Origin: TPA_inf: Saccharomyces
Lineage: Eukaryota
DNA: 64,000 nt
Assembly: GCA_000146045.2 (NCBI GenBank)
Contig: BK006945.2
Location: 160,001-224,000 of the forward strand
Reading direction: 5' to 3'
How positions within the stretch are numbered: position 1 is the stretch's first letter; every line of letters starts with the position of its first letter. The translations under genes were made by a program, and so were the position numbers. The notes below the pieces were generated by a model. It saw only the letters and a list, made by a program, of their open reading frames with translations, ran no database searches and was not told the DNA's origin. Shown here piece by piece: positions 44,225-55,439 of the stretch.

Positions 44225-44785
44225 ATGCCGGTCTTAAATACGAGAACTTCTTATCCCAATATCGACTTTCATGGTACTAAGGTTTCTGATGTTCTAGATG
44301 CCTTTGAATTTGAAAAGCATGATGATCCCTTAAGGGATAAATGGAACACTTTACAGTTTTTGGAAAAGAGCTTTGAATCTAAATTTGAATCTGCATCAGA
44401 GTTAATCCAAGGAGGCGAGCTAGCTGCTATTAAAGAAAGAAATTTTCAATTAGCCAAACTAAATAATCTTTGCTTTCGGGTACGAGAGTCCATCAAAAGA
44501 AGACAAGACCTGGAGAAAAAGTTAAGAACTTTATCGCAGGACACTGACAACGAATTGCTTTTTCTGATGTTGGAAAATGAGAGAAGAAAGAAAAGTTCAG
44601 TGATAATAGAGTTTCTTTCTGAGATAATCAGAGAGAAATCCAAAAGATTAACTGCAGAAGAGCAAGGCTTTGTAAATCAAAATGAAGTAAAACCCCTCAT
44701 TCTGGACCTTTCTGCACGGATAAATAGATTGAATTCTATTCTAGAAACAAAAAATACTTGTATTAGAAGATTAAGTAATCAATAA
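44225..44785 (+). CDS. Uncharacterized protein (YLR031W), probably the C-terminal half of an ancestral single gene with YLR030W
   Basis: Track ORF starts at TTG (44168). The first ATG at 44225 gives 186 aa starting MPVLNTRTSYPN. The same reading frame is open continuously back to 44006, so it overlaps the end of YLR030W. Confidence 0.65.
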   Translation: MPVLNTRTSYPNIDFHGTKVSDVLDAFEFEKHDDPLRDKWNTLQFLEKSFESKFESASELIQGGELAAIKERNFQLAKLNNLCFRVRESIKRRQDLEKKLRTLSQDTDNELLFLMLENERRKKSSVIIEFLSEIIREKSKRLTAEEQGFVNQNEVKPLILDLSARINRLNSILETKNTCIRRLSNQ

Positions 44786-44990
44786 GTAGTTAAATTTTCA
44801 TAAATTATTACTTTCTTACATGTTAGTTGGCGCGTCGTCTGGCTGAAAATTTTACGCGTCATAAACCCTTAACTTTTCCACACATTATTCCTTACTGCTA
44901 AGCGCATTGCTCACTTGAAAGTAAATTATCTACAAAGTTACATTATCAAAAGGCCTTAGAAACACACCTAAAGTCTTACAGTATCACAAT

Positions 44991-47900
44991 ATGAGTCATA
45001 TTGAACAGGAAGAAAGGAAGAGGTTTTTTAACGATGACCTTGACACTTCAGAAACATCGTTAAACTTCAAATCTGAGAATAAAGAGTCGTTTTTATTTGC
45101 AAATAGTCATAATGATGATGATGATGATGTTGTTGTATCAGTGAGTGATACAACAGAAGGAGAGGGAGACCGATCTATTGTGCCAGTCAGGCGAGAAATA
45201 GAAGAAGAAGGCCAGAATCAGTTTATTACAGAGCTTTTAAGGATTATTCCAGAAATGCCAAAGGATCTTGTGATGGAACTTAATGAAAAATTCGGCAGTC
45301 AGGAGGAAGGGCTCTCTTTAGCATTATCACATTACTTTGATCACAATAGCGGGACGTCTATCAGCAAAATACCGTCTTCCCCGAATCAACTAAATACACT
45401 CTCAGATACCTCAAATTCAACCTTGTCCCCATCTTCATTCCATCCTAAAAGAAGAAGAATATACGGGTTCAGAAACCAAACACGATTAGAAGATAAAGTT
45501 ACTTGGAAAAGATTTATAGGTGCTTTGCAAGTCACTGGTATGGCTACCAGACCCACCGTCAGGCCCTTGAAGTACGGCTCTCAGATGAAGCTAAAGAGAT
45601 CAAGTGAAGAGATTTCTGCTACTAAAGTATATGACTCACGTGGTAGAAAGAAAGCGTCCATGGCTAGTTTGGTAAGAATTTTTGATATCCAATATGATAG
45701 AGAAATTGGCAGAGTTTCGGAAGACATTGCTCAAATACTATACCCTCTTTTAAGTTCACACGAAATAAGTTTTGAAGTTACATTGATTTTTTGTGATAAT
45801 AAACGGTTGAGTATAGGTGATAGCTTTATTCTACAATTGGATTGCTTTTTAACATCTCTCATTTTTGAGGAACGTAATGATGGAGAATCCTTGATGAAAA
45901 GAAGACGTACAGAGGGAGGAAATAAAAGAGAGAAAGACAATGGAAATTTTGGAAGAACATTGACTGAAACTGATGAAGAGCTAGAAAGCCGCTCGAAAAG
46001 ACTGGCTCTACTAAAGTTATTTGATAAATTGAGGCTAAAGCCTATTTTGGACGAGCAGAAGGCATTAGAAAAGCATAAAATAGAGCTTAATAGTGACCCC
46101 GAAATCATTGATTTAGATAACGACGAGATTTGCTCTAATCAAGTGACTGAAGTCCATAACAATCTCCGAGATACTCAGCACGAAGAAGAAACAATGAACT
46201 TGAATCAATTGAAAACATTTTATAAGGCCGCACAATCATCAGAATCTTTAAAAAGTTTGCCTGAAACAGAACCTTCTCGCGATGTCTTCAAGCTAGAACT
46301 AAGAAATTATCAAAAGCAAGGTCTTACTTGGATGCTAAGGAGGGAGCAAGAGTTTGCCAAAGCAGCCTCTGATGGTGAGGCTTCAGAAACGGGTGCTAAT
46401 ATGATAAACCCATTATGGAAGCAGTTCAAATGGCCAAATGATATGTCGTGGGCAGCTCAAAATTTGCAGCAGGACCATGTAAACGTTGAAGATGGCATAT
46501 TCTTTTATGCGAACTTACATTCTGGTGAATTTTCGCTAGCAAAACCTATATTAAAAACTATGATAAAGGGTGGCATATTATCAGATGAAATGGGGTTGGG
46601 TAAAACAGTGGCAGCGTATTCTTTAGTTTTATCTTGTCCTCACGATAGTGATGTTGTTGACAAGAAACTGTTTGATATTGAGAACACAGCAGTCTCAGAT
46701 AATCTTCCAAGCACTTGGCAAGATAATAAGAAACCATATGCTTCAAAAACAACGCTAATCGTGGTCCCAATGTCTTTGTTAACGCAGTGGAGTAACGAGT
46801 TTACAAAAGCTAATAATTCCCCCGATATGTATCATGAGGTGTATTATGGTGGGAATGTTTCCAGTTTGAAAACCCTATTAACCAAGACAAAAACCCCTCC
46901 AACTGTAGTCCTTACTACATATGGTATTGTTCAAAATGAATGGACTAAACATTCCAAGGGAAGGATGACAGATGAGGACGTCAATATATCTTCAGGCTTA
47001 TTTTCTGTCAATTTTTATCGCATAATAATCGACGAGGGTCATAACATTAGAAACAGAACGACAGTTACATCTAAAGCAGTCATGGCTTTACAAGGCAAAT
47101 GTAAATGGGTTTTAACAGGAACACCAATTATTAACAGGCTTGACGATTTATACAGTCTGGTTAAGTTTTTAGAGTTAGATCCCTGGCGGCAAATTAATTA
47201 CTGGAAGACCTTTGTATCAACGCCTTTTGAGAGTAAAAATTACAAACAAGCATTTGATGTGGTGAATGCAATTCTGGAACCCGTATTGTTAAGAAGGACA
47301 AAACAAATGAAAGATAAAGATGGTAAGCCATTAGTAGAGTTGCCACCAAAGGAGGTCGTTATTAAAAGACTTCCCTTCAGTAAATCTCAAGATCTTCTAT
47401 ACAAGTTTCTGTTGGATAAGGCTGAAGTTTCTGTTAAATCGGGTATTGCACGCGGTGATTTATTGAAAAAGTACTCCACTATCCTTGTCCATATTTTAAG
47501 ATTGAGGCAAGTCTGTTGCCATCCCGGTCTTATTGGGAGTCAAGATGAGAACGATGAGGATTTATCTAAAAATAATAAATTGGTTACGGAACAAACGGTG
47601 GAGCTTGACTCTTTAATGCGTGTTGTTTCCGAGAGATTCGATAACTCATTTTCTAAGGAGGAATTAGATGCAATGATACAAAGATTAAAAGTTAAATATC
47701 CAGACAATAAATCGTTTCAGTCCTTAGAGTGCTCCATCTGCACAACGGAACCTATGGATTTGGACAAGGCTTTATTTACAGAATGCGGCCACAGTTTTTG
47801 TGAGAAATGTTTATTTGAATATATTGAGTTTCAGAACAGTAAGAATTTGGGTTTAAAGTGCCCCAATTGCCGTAACCAAATAGACGCTTGTCGGTTGTTG

Positions 47901-48500
47901 GCATTGGTACAAACGAATAGCAACTCGAAAAATTTGGAATTCAAACCATATTCACCAGCCTCCAAATCAAGCAAAATCACTGCTTTATTGAAGGAGCTTC
48001 AATTGCTACAGGATAGTTCGGCAGGCGAACAAGTTGTCATTTTTTCCCAATTTTCTACATACTTGGATATCCTGGAGAAAGAGCTAACTCATACTTTCTC
48101 AAAAGATGTTGCAAAAATTTATAAATTCGATGGACGTCTCTCATTAAAAGAAAGAACTAGTGTATTAGCAGATTTTGCCGTTAAAGACTATAGCAGGCAA
48201 AAAATCCTATTACTCTCGCTGAAGGCTGGTGGCGTGGGTTTGAATCTAACGTGTGCTTCCCACGCTTATATGATGGACCCATGGTGGTCGCCCAGTATGG
48301 AAGATCAGGCAATCGATAGACTGCATAGAATTGGCCAGACAAACAGCGTCAAAGTTATGAGATTTATCATACAAGATAGCATAGAAGAAAAAATGCTACG
48401 CATTCAAGAAAAGAAGAGAACCATCGGTGAGGCCATGGACACAGACGAAGACGAGAGAAGAAAAAGGAGAATTGAAGAAATCCAGATGCTGTTTGAATAG
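44991..48500 (+). CDS. RAD5: SNF2-family DNA helicase / RING E3 ubiquitin ligase for error-free post-replication repair
   Basis: 1169 aa. N-terminal HIRAN region. SNF2 ATPase motifs (GILSDEMGLGKT; DEGHNIRN). C3HC4 RING (CSICTTEP...CGHSFCEKC...CPNCR) embedded in the helicase C-terminal domain. Confidence 0.93.
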   Translation: MSHIEQEERKRFFNDDLDTSETSLNFKSENKESFLFANSHNDDDDDVVVSVSDTTEGEGDRSIVPVRREIEEEGQNQFITELLRIIPEMPKDLVMELNEKFGSQEEGLSLALSHYFDHNSGTSISKIPSSPNQLNTLSDTSNSTLSPSSFHPKRRRIYGFRNQTRLEDKVTWKRFIGALQVTGMATRPTVRPLKYGSQMKLKRSSEEISATKVYDSRGRKKASMASLVRIFDIQYDREIGRVSEDIAQILYPLLSSHEISFEVTLIFCDNKRLSIGDSFILQLDCFLTSLIFEERNDGESLMKRRRTEGGNKREKDNGNFGRTLTETDEELESRSKRLALLKLFDKLRLKPILDEQKALEKHKIELNSDPEIIDLDNDEICSNQVTEVHNNLRDTQHEEETMNLNQLKTFYKAAQSSESLKSLPETEPSRDVFKLELRNYQKQGLTWMLRREQEFAKAASDGEASETGANMINPLWKQFKWPNDMSWAAQNLQQDHVNVEDGIFFYANLHSGEFSLAKPILKTMIKGGILSDEMGLGKTVAAYSLVLSCPHDSDVVDKKLFDIENTAVSDNLPSTWQDNKKPYASKTTLIVVPMSLLTQWSNEFTKANNSPDMYHEVYYGGNVSSLKTLLTKTKTPPTVVLTTYGIVQNEWTKHSKGRMTDEDVNISSGLFSVNFYRIIIDEGHNIRNRTTVTSKAVMALQGKCKWVLTGTPIINRLDDLYSLVKFLELDPWRQINYWKTFVSTPFESKNYKQAFDVVNAILEPVLLRRTKQMKDKDGKPLVELPPKEVVIKRLPFSKSQDLLYKFLLDKAEVSVKSGIARGDLLKKYSTILVHILRLRQVCCHPGLIGSQDENDEDLSKNNKLVTEQTVELDSLMRVVSERFDNSFSKEELDAMIQRLKVKYPDNKSFQSLECSICTTEPMDLDKALFTECGHSFCEKCLFEYIEFQNSKNLGLKCPNCRNQIDACRLLALVQTNSNSKNLEFKPYSPASKSSKITALLKELQLLQDSSAGEQVVIFSQFSTYLDILEKELTHTFSKDVAKIYKFDGRLSLKERTSVLADFAVKDYSRQKILLLSLKAGGVGLNLTCASHAYMMDPWWSPSMEDQAIDRLHRIGQTNSVKVMRFIIQDSIEEKMLRIQEKKRTIGEAMDTDEDERRKRRIEEIQMLFE

Positions 48501-48760
48501 TCATACCACATACTCATATATAAAGACTTTATTTATTATTATTTTCAACCCGAAAGAACTAATTATTCTTCAGCTACTTCATGCAACTTCTATTATCTTC
48601 CTTTTCCGTTACCCGTATTTTTAAGTTGCAATTATTAAAAAAACAATTAAGAAAATAAAACAGCGCCATAAGGCATGGACGATAGAAATACGAAGACGAA
48701 GAAAATCATCATCAGTCGGGATCAAATAAGAGATAATTTTGAAAATCGAAAGTTTTCATT

Positions 48761-50269
48761 ATGACAGAAAGTGTAGGTGGAAATAAACTAGTAGATTTTT
48801 TGGTAAATGTTCAATCCATTTTGAATGCTGCCTCTGTGAAATGTCATGTAGTAGATGAAAGTTTTCCAGCCAAGTTCTTTGAGAAAAATCCGGATAAGAT
48901 ATATGAATCATATTGTAAATTCATTAAAAATAGAAGTAACTCTGAAGGTTTGATACGTAATGAAGATAAATTAGTTTTGACAACTATCAATAAGAGGTTT
49001 GAAAATGGAGAGTACGAACCCATACAAGGTGGGTTTTATAAGCTGTATCACGACATTAAGCTGGTTTGTACAATCCTCATTCACTTTTATCCTCAGGGTA
49101 CAAGAAACTACCAATTAGTCGACAAGTTCTACAAATTTTCTTCAGAGCTTTTATTACGAGAATGTTGTAGGATAGGAATTGCTCTAACGCAAACTAATAA
49201 TATTAAATCAAGAAGTGGTAAGTTGTTGAGCGGAAACGAGATGGATGAATACGACGATGACGATGCAACAGAACTAGACAAAATAATCTCTTATGATTTT
49301 ATTAAGATTTCTATGAATTACACAGTGCCGATTTCTCAAACATATCAGATAAGAACGAAGGATATGGACCTTTTTTCTTCGATAATTTCTAAATCTAATC
49401 TTGACAAAAGACCTCATGAACTTCCTAATACAAACTTCAAAATAAACAACGTCTTACCTCAAACTGATATAGAAAACGAAGCTCCAAGATTAGGATTTGT
49501 AGGCGCTAATACTAGTAATATTCCGGACCCTACGTTACCACCAACTGAAATGATGACTAGATTTTTGCATCCAAATTGGTATGCTTTACCTACAACCGTC
49601 TGGCTAAAATATGGTAATTATAATTCTTGGGCACCTTCCTTTAATGAAAACGGCACCGTTGTGGATTCGACAACAAGGGGTCTTATTTGGCTTGAAAGAA
49701 TTGGTTATATGGACTTGTATGAAAAAAATGAAAAGAAAGTAAAACAAGAAGAATTACTGAACACGAATGAAGAAGGCATAAACAGGAAGCAGAACGATGA
49801 AAACAACAAAAATGTTGACGGCAAAAGCAATGGCGTTCAGGACGATGGTGGTGATAATGATAATGATGCGACTATCGCTTCTGCAAATTCAGAGAGTACT
49901 GAGAATAAGGAACAATTCATAATCAAGCTTCAAAACTTATATAATTGGACACCATCTAATTACATTGGAGATGACGAAATTGAGAACTTTCGAAATGGCA
50001 CACCAGATAAGTTGGTTTCAGACTCTCTCTTAAAACTTAAAAGACTTAGAAAGGAGAGGATTTTAAATAAAGTTTTGAAGCCTACTACGGAGGAACGAGA
50101 ATTATACTTCAAAGTGAAAAGAATACTAAAGGAGGTTATCTTAGCAAAGAAGGTTTCCAAGGTTCCTATAAACAATGTAAGGGCCTTTCCAGTATTACAA
50201 ACAAACTATAATGGTAGCATACCTGTGGTAAGGGCGCAACCAGGTCGTAAACGGAAACACAAGAAATAA
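48761..50269 (+). CDS. RSC58: RSC chromatin remodeling complex subunit
   Basis: 502 aa. ATG at 48761. Matches recalled Rsc58. Confidence 0.85.
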   Translation: MTESVGGNKLVDFLVNVQSILNAASVKCHVVDESFPAKFFEKNPDKIYESYCKFIKNRSNSEGLIRNEDKLVLTTINKRFENGEYEPIQGGFYKLYHDIKLVCTILIHFYPQGTRNYQLVDKFYKFSSELLLRECCRIGIALTQTNNIKSRSGKLLSGNEMDEYDDDDATELDKIISYDFIKISMNYTVPISQTYQIRTKDMDLFSSIISKSNLDKRPHELPNTNFKINNVLPQTDIENEAPRLGFVGANTSNIPDPTLPPTEMMTRFLHPNWYALPTTVWLKYGNYNSWAPSFNENGTVVDSTTRGLIWLERIGYMDLYEKNEKKVKQEELLNTNEEGINRKQNDENNKNVDGKSNGVQDDGGDNDNDATIASANSESTENKEQFIIKLQNLYNWTPSNYIGDDEIENFRNGTPDKLVSDSLLKLKRLRKERILNKVLKPTTEERELYFKVKRILKEVILAKKVSKVPINNVRAFPVLQTNYNGSIPVVRAQPGRKRKHKK

Positions 50270-50511
50270 ATAGTGTCAGCGGTAGTGGAATCAAAGATAA
50301 ATAATGAATTATCTTTGTTTTAGTTTCATGAAAGCTCATCAAGTCTTTTTTGACTAATGTATGTTTATATTTTGATATTAGATAAAGTATGCATTTGTTC
50401 TGAAGGCTATGCATACGTAAGTATATACTTGGGTTGTATTATGCAGAATAAAGAAATGAGAGAAAACAAGAATCGAGAGAAAACGACACACTTGACAATA
50501 AATAGGTTCCA

Positions 50512-51933
50512 TTAAAAATGGATGTCGGCACCTAAGAGATAGGAAATCACCAAATAGCAATTCAAGCTCCCGATTAAAGCCCATACGAAAACAGAGGTAT
50601 AGGTCAACAAACGACTGTTAGTAAAATCAACTATTTTACTGTGCTTGGAGTTCAATGGAGTGGTTTCATCAGCAATGGCGTTAACATCGGCAGGTGCTCT
50701 TACCACACCATTTTCGTCATGAACAACCATCAACTTTCTATTTGCGGTAAAATAAATTAAAGGAGCGGATACGATTGGTAAAATTAAGGACAAGACCACT
50801 TGAGAAAAATTCAAAATATCTGAAATTCCCTTTTCCCCCATGGTTAAAGTAACAAATAAACATGGTACAATGGCAATCAATCTGGTGCACAATCTTGTGG
50901 CCCAAGGTGGTAAAGACCACTGTAAAAATCCCTCAGAAACGATTTGCCCGGCAAGTGTACAGATGATACCGGCAGATTGACCAGAACATAACATGGCCAA
51001 TGCAAAGATTAACCCTGCCGCAGGAGATATGTAGTGGACCAGTAATTTGTAAATAGATAACAAATCAGCATCCTCTGCCTCAGGTTGGCCTGATAAAGTA
51101 GCACCTGCAACAATTAAAATAGCGGAATTAACAAAGGTGGCAATTAAGAACAAAGAAATGATTAGTTCAGCGTACGCATAGTTTAACGTATATTTTATAG
51201 CGCTTAAACTTGGGCGGGCATTAACCTTACCGTATTTCTTCAAATCGTAATCGTGCAATCTTGGTTTAACAATGGATGAGCCCAAGTATAATGAATGAGG
51301 CATCACAGTGGCACCTAAGATACCCAATGAAATGTAAAGAGCTTGTTGTTCCTTAAAAATGATATTTGAAGGCAAAAACCCTTTAAACAATTCAGCTTTG
51401 TCTGGGATTGAAACTTTAAACAGCTCCAAAACAAAGCAAATGCAAGTTCCAATGACCAAAATCCCAACGCCAAATTCGAAAACCCTAACTTTTTTTAAGG
51501 ACTGGCCGTTTGGTGTGTAGAACATTAAAATTACCAAAACATCTAGCACCGTTAATAAGACACCCCAAGTTAGTGGTATTTTGAAAAGAATTTGTAAAGC
51601 GATGGCAGTGCCTACAACCTCGGCCAGATCAGTAGCAATGATTGCCACTTCAGCGAAAAGGTAAAGGGTATAGTTTAGCTTTTTAGGCAAATTATGACGA
51701 CAGTTTTCAGCCAAATCATAGCCAGTGATAGTACCCAGCTTCACACAGAGACATTGCAAAAGTACGGCAAAAATGTTGGATATAAAAATAGAGAATAATA
51801 AGGTATATTTGTATTGAGCACCACCGGAAACACTAGTGGCATAATTTCCTGGGTCCATATAAGCCACACTGACTAATATCCCTGGCCCAATAAATTTGGC
51901 AAATTTTTGAAGAATCTGCATATAAGATCGCAT
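50512..51933 (-). CDS. SMF3: Nramp-family divalent metal (iron) transporter, vacuolar
   Basis: 473 aa. ATG confirmed. Nramp consensus (GPGILVSVAYMDPGNYATSVSGGAQYKYTLL). Multiple transmembrane segments. Confidence 0.92.
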   Translation of the reverse strand: MRSYMQILQKFAKFIGPGILVSVAYMDPGNYATSVSGGAQYKYTLLFSIFISNIFAVLLQCLCVKLGTITGYDLAENCRHNLPKKLNYTLYLFAEVAIIATDLAEVVGTAIALQILFKIPLTWGVLLTVLDVLVILMFYTPNGQSLKKVRVFEFGVGILVIGTCICFVLELFKVSIPDKAELFKGFLPSNIIFKEQQALYISLGILGATVMPHSLYLGSSIVKPRLHDYDLKKYGKVNARPSLSAIKYTLNYAYAELIISLFLIATFVNSAILIVAGATLSGQPEAEDADLLSIYKLLVHYISPAAGLIFALAMLCSGQSAGIICTLAGQIVSEGFLQWSLPPWATRLCTRLIAIVPCLFVTLTMGEKGISDILNFSQVVLSLILPIVSAPLIYFTANRKLMVVHDENGVVRAPADVNAIADETTPLNSKHSKIVDFTNSRLLTYTSVFVWALIGSLNCYLVISYLLGADIHF

Positions 51934-52368
51934 TTTTTTTCTCTTGTGATGCTACTACTGTTATCAATTAGCTTGGAAGAACGATATATTTAAAGGAGTT
52001 CAGAAGGAAATAATAGTTTGGGTATGACAACTGAAAAAAAAAATGAACTAATATATAAAGGAACCCCGTATATTTATGTGGAGTGATCTTTGTCTTCTAG
52101 CTCCTTTGAAATAAATATTCAATTATGCAACCTCACAGAATCAGATGAATGAGATATATACAGTATAAATACCTTTAGTCGCATGACAACAGGATGTCGT
52201 AACAATGCAATATTAGAGCATTTTTAAGTTGACCCAAAACGGAAATTTCAAGGTGCGGAAACTGGAAGAGAGGCAGGGCGGGCAACAGGGTGCGGTTACC
52301 ATGAGTTACAAACAATGGTCTATTATGAAGTAATCTATTGTGCTGAGTGGTGATAGTGCACCCGATCA

Positions 52369-54456
52369 TCAGGGGCTGTCTGGCGTGAAGAGGCACCATT
52401 CATTTGTCGTGGCTTCAATGTGTCCCGGTTTCTTCACATGCGCTCGCAAGGCTTGCAAAAGACTGGAAGAAGGGCTTGTGGCATCGTCCCTCGATCGTAA
52501 CCACAGAGTTTCTTTGGCAAAGTTATCGCTGTCATGCTTAACAATTTTTTCATTCTTCAGGGTATAGACGTAGTTGTTGGTATACTCGGAAAAATGCATG
52601 AGTTTCGGCCTTGTTTTGTGCATGCAGGATGCTTTCTTTATATAATTATCAGTTACTTTTTTTTTCGAATTTCGTGGAATGGTCATGTCCACGGTATTGT
52701 TTCTTTTACCGTAGGTTTGCTGAAGCTTTATTAGTTCCTTTTTTTCTGTATTTGAAAGCTGTCTTTCGTTGGGCATTCCCCTTTTATTGGCATCTCCACA
52801 GCTAGTACGTTTGGCCTCAAGTAAGTTTTCGCTCAGTTTCTTGTTGACGTTTCTTATTTTTGTGATCATAAAAGGATTAGAAATAGAAGCGTCCTTAGAA
52901 AGTTCTAAATCCTCGTTCTCTGGAATAGTTTCTATATAGTTATAAGTTAATGACGAGGGTAATGTTGAGGATCCAGCTCCTGCTACTTCACTATTTTCGC
53001 TTAGTTCTTGTTGGAAATTATGTCGCCAATTAGTACTGTCCTCGGAAGCCATAGACCCGGAACTCGAGCTTCTATAACTTGAAATGGTCAGCTGAGTTTG
53101 TTCGTCAAGAGCTTTATCCTCGCTAAATTTTGTAGGTGAAGGAGTAGCAGCGACAATGGTCGTATTCTCTAAGTTTGCTTCATCGTAAAAAGTTGGTACT
53201 ATCAAATCTGAGTTTTTTTGTGGGATGTCAGTCTTGTCTTTACCACTAACAGCACCACAGCCCTTTGATATTTCATTCTCTGCGTCGGGTGTAGGTATCA
53301 CCAGTGCGGGAGAAGTTTTTTCGTTGATAGAAGGCTGAACATGTTTATCTCCCAGCATATTTGTTTCGATGCCAATTCTCTCCTCCAATAACAACTTTAA
53401 CTTATTCTCTATCTTCTTAAATATCACTTCAAAACTTTTGATCATCACGTCATTTTTCTCTGGTTCGATATTTACGTCAAGAAGCTTTGTATCGCAATTT
53501 AAATTAATAAACCAAACCATAGGATCTAGTAAAGAGAAATCTCTATAGATTGACGATAGTAACTTAGAAATAGTCTTCCCCGTCTCCAAGTTCAAAGATA
53601 GCGCTCTCTCATTAACAGATAAAAATTTAAATCGTCTCTTTATATTAATAACGTCAGATTCTGGCACCATCCTCGGTAAGATCAAATCTAAATTTATTTT
53701 TTCGTCGATAACAAAGTTTTCTTCTACAATAAAGTTCAGCGGCACAGGCTTTTTTAGTCTAGCTAGTAGGGACAAACTTCTAGCTCTAGAAATCTTAGGG
53801 TCTAACGTTTCTTGCATTTGTTTACGCTCTATGGCACCATTTTTTTGTAATGACACCAACGAAAAATAAAACCGAATATTTCTATGAATTAGAGAATAAT
53901 GGTTTATTAAATAGATTAGTTCATCGAATGTTTTTCTTGGCCTCGAAGAAATTTCGAGATACCTTGCTCGTAACCCTCCCAGAAGTTTCCTTAATATTAC
54001 TGTAGTCCCCACGGGACAAGATACCTTGTACCTTTTTCCATTGGTAATACCACCCTTACTATCAACTAACCATTTTTCTCCAATGACATCATCTGCAGTT
54101 TTTGTTTCAACCTGCATTGAGCCTTTCTGGTTACACAAGTTTGACAAAAGAAACAATGCTTCACCTCTGAATCCAAGAGTAGTCAGAATCGAAATATCTC
54201 CGAGACTACTCATCTTTGATGTGGTGTATTCCAAGCACATAGAAGGTCTGTCGATAATATCCACACCTGATCCATCGTCCTTGACTGATATATATTCACA
54301 TCCTCCCGTAGTGGAATCTACATCGATGAATACTTTTTTAGCACCCGAATCGATGCTATTATCTAATAATTCCCTTACAGCAGCTACCGGACCGTAAATA
54401 AAGGAACTAGAAACAATCTTCCATTGGGATTCTGGAGATAACTGATGTATAGTCAT
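52369..54456 (-). CDS. MLH2: MutL homolog (mismatch repair) with N-terminal GHKL ATPase
   Basis: 695 aa. ATG confirmed. GHKL Bergerat-fold motifs ([11 protein letters not shown]; DDGSG; GFRGEAL). Confidence 0.9.
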
Positions 54457-54882
54457 CCAAAACTATGAAAAGGCGTCTGTTCCTCAAACCGAGATGATGG
54501 GATGTGAAATAACTTTATATGTTTATAAAAGTGATTACTTTTTCTTGTATGGGCGCCAAAAAAGGGCCATGTATATGAGGGATATGGACGACAGTGAGAT
54601 TATTTAAATAGCAAAGACTACAGTAAAAGCAAAAAAGCATTGTGCCAGGGCAATATAGCGAGCACTACTTAAACCCAAATTAGGTGACAAGTGAAAGGTT
54701 TGTTATGCGCAAAACTTATAGATAATGCAGAAGGTAATCTTTTCTGCTGTACTATATGTTCACATTGCAGTGTTACGAATAAATATAAGGATATATAGCT
54801 CTGCTTAAGGGGTTTTCTTGGAATCGAGTCGAGTTATTCTAGAAATTGTTAAAAATAAAGGAGAATAAAAGTAAAAAATAAA

Positions 54883-54955
54883 TGGACGCAACCGGAATCG
54901 AACCGATGACCTCTTCCTTGCAAGGGAAGCGCGCTACCAACTGCGCCATGTGCCC
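54883..54955 (-). tRNA. tA(UGC): tRNA-Ala (anticodon UGC)
   Basis: Reverse complement reads GGGCACATGGCGCAGTTGGTAGCGCGCTTCCCTTGCAAGGAAGAGGTCATCGGTTCGATTCCGGTTGCGTCCA. Anticodon loop CTTGCAA. T6 terminator immediately 3' (plus 54873-54878). Confidence 0.9.
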
Positions 54956-55079
54956 TAAAACGCGTACAAAGGAGAGGAAATTATTTGACTACTTAGTACT
55001 GTTTTCATAGGTAAACCCTCCACTGTGGCTAAGATGAGTGTTATTCTTCAACCTCATAGAAAGCACGCATGTTACTTTC

Positions 55080-55417
55080 TGAGATATATGTGGGTAATTA
55101 GATAATTGTTGGGATTCCATTGTTGATAAAGGCTATAATATTAGGTATACAGAATATACTAGAAGTTCTCCTCGAGGATATAGGAATCCTCAAAATGGAA
55201 TCTATATTTCTACATACTAATATTACGATTATTCCTCATTCCGTTTTATATGTTTATATTCATTGATCCTATTACATTATCAATCCTTGCGTTTCAGCTT
55301 CCTCTAACATCGATGACAGCTTCTCATAACTTATGTCATCATCTTAACACCGTATATGATAATATATTGATAATATAACTATTAGTTGATAGACGATAGT
55401 GGATTTTTATTCCAACA
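55080..55417 (-). repeat. Ty1 3' LTR (delta)
   Basis: Near-identical to the 5' LTR over the aligned stretch, with about 1 mismatch. TG...CA termini. Confidence 0.9.
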
Positions 55418-55439
55418 TACCACCCATAATGTAATAGAT

